From a virus (Duplodnaviria > Heunggongvirae > Uroviricota > Caudoviricetes), in IMG/VR virus record IMGVR_UViG_3300003267_000376: DNA of 64,000 bases. The stretch is one strand, 5' to 3'. Positions 63,871 to 64,000 of this stretch are shown here, in pieces. The notes below the pieces were generated by a model, which saw only the letters and a list, made by a program, of their open reading frames with translations, was not told the DNA's origin and did not search any database. The position numbers were made by a program, and so were the translations under genes. Each line of letters begins with the position of its first letter. Position 1 is the first letter of the stretch.

Positions 63871-64000
63871 ACTTCGCCGCGTTCTTGGCGCGGTTCACGG
63901 CGGCCAGGGCGCGAGCGCCATCGTCGCAATGCTGCCGCTTGCCATCGGCGTCGCGGTAGCCGTTATGCGCTTTGGCACCGGTGCCGCCAGCGCGGAACAG
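63871..64000 (-). CDS. 3' end of an ORF entering from beyond the window
   Basis: The open frame ends at the TAA complement at 63871-63873, next to a GC-rich hairpin at ~63828-63860. Confidence 0.3.

Noticed and set aside
63637-63929. Short ORFs on both strands in the terminal non-coding region
   Set aside because: They lie over hairpins and repeats, with no RBS and poor composition.
1-64000. tRNA genes, integrase/attachment site, CI-like repressor
   Set aside because: No cloverleaf-like segments, tyrosine or serine recombinase motifs, or HTH-peptidase repressor were recognised by eye. Absence cannot be proven without tRNAscan or HMM searches.

Overview
This 64 kb window is a high-GC tailed-phage (siphovirus-like) genome or prophage segment with two oppositely oriented blocks. 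The plus-strand block (1–36.4 kb) is a morphogenesis and surface-modification block. It holds a glycosylation-type cluster (two or three GT-A glycosyltransferases, a SAM methyltransferase, an SDR sugar epimerase/dehydratase and a GT4 enzyme), three M23 peptidase domains, and a giant 1807-aa protein built from ~60 copies of a 14-aa repeat. It also holds a metallophosphoesterase, a prohead protease/scaffold fusion, an HK97-like major capsid protein, head-tail connector proteins and a major tail protein. Downstream are G/G-T tail chaperones with a recognisable -1 frameshift site, a 2072-aa tape measure protein, two paralogous Dit-like tail-tip proteins (the first carrying an M23 domain), a 1406-aa fibre with the same 14-aa repeat plus two ConA-like lectin domains, and a holin-like small-membrane-protein cassette. 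The minus-strand block (36.4–63.5 kb) is an early/replication-recombination block with many small ORFs. It includes a lipoprotein, RusA, two HNH endonucleases, an SPFH/band-7 protein, a small C5-cytosine methyltransferase, an ERF annealing protein, a Cas4/RecB-like exonuclease, SSB, a ParB-like protein, a RadC-like JAB protein and an AAA+ ATPase. No terminase, portal, integrase, repressor, tRNA or CRISPR array was recognised. The most notable signals are the 14-aa repeat module shared across several virion proteins, and a ~50-nt conserved 5' leader element present four times on the minus strand, each preceded by a hairpin with compensatory changes. Other notable signals are the glycosylation cluster embedded in the structural region, and a gene order in which GT, peptidase and fibre genes sit upstream of the protease with no adjacent portal or terminase. 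Many long antisense ORFs in the supplied track are GC-rich artefacts.
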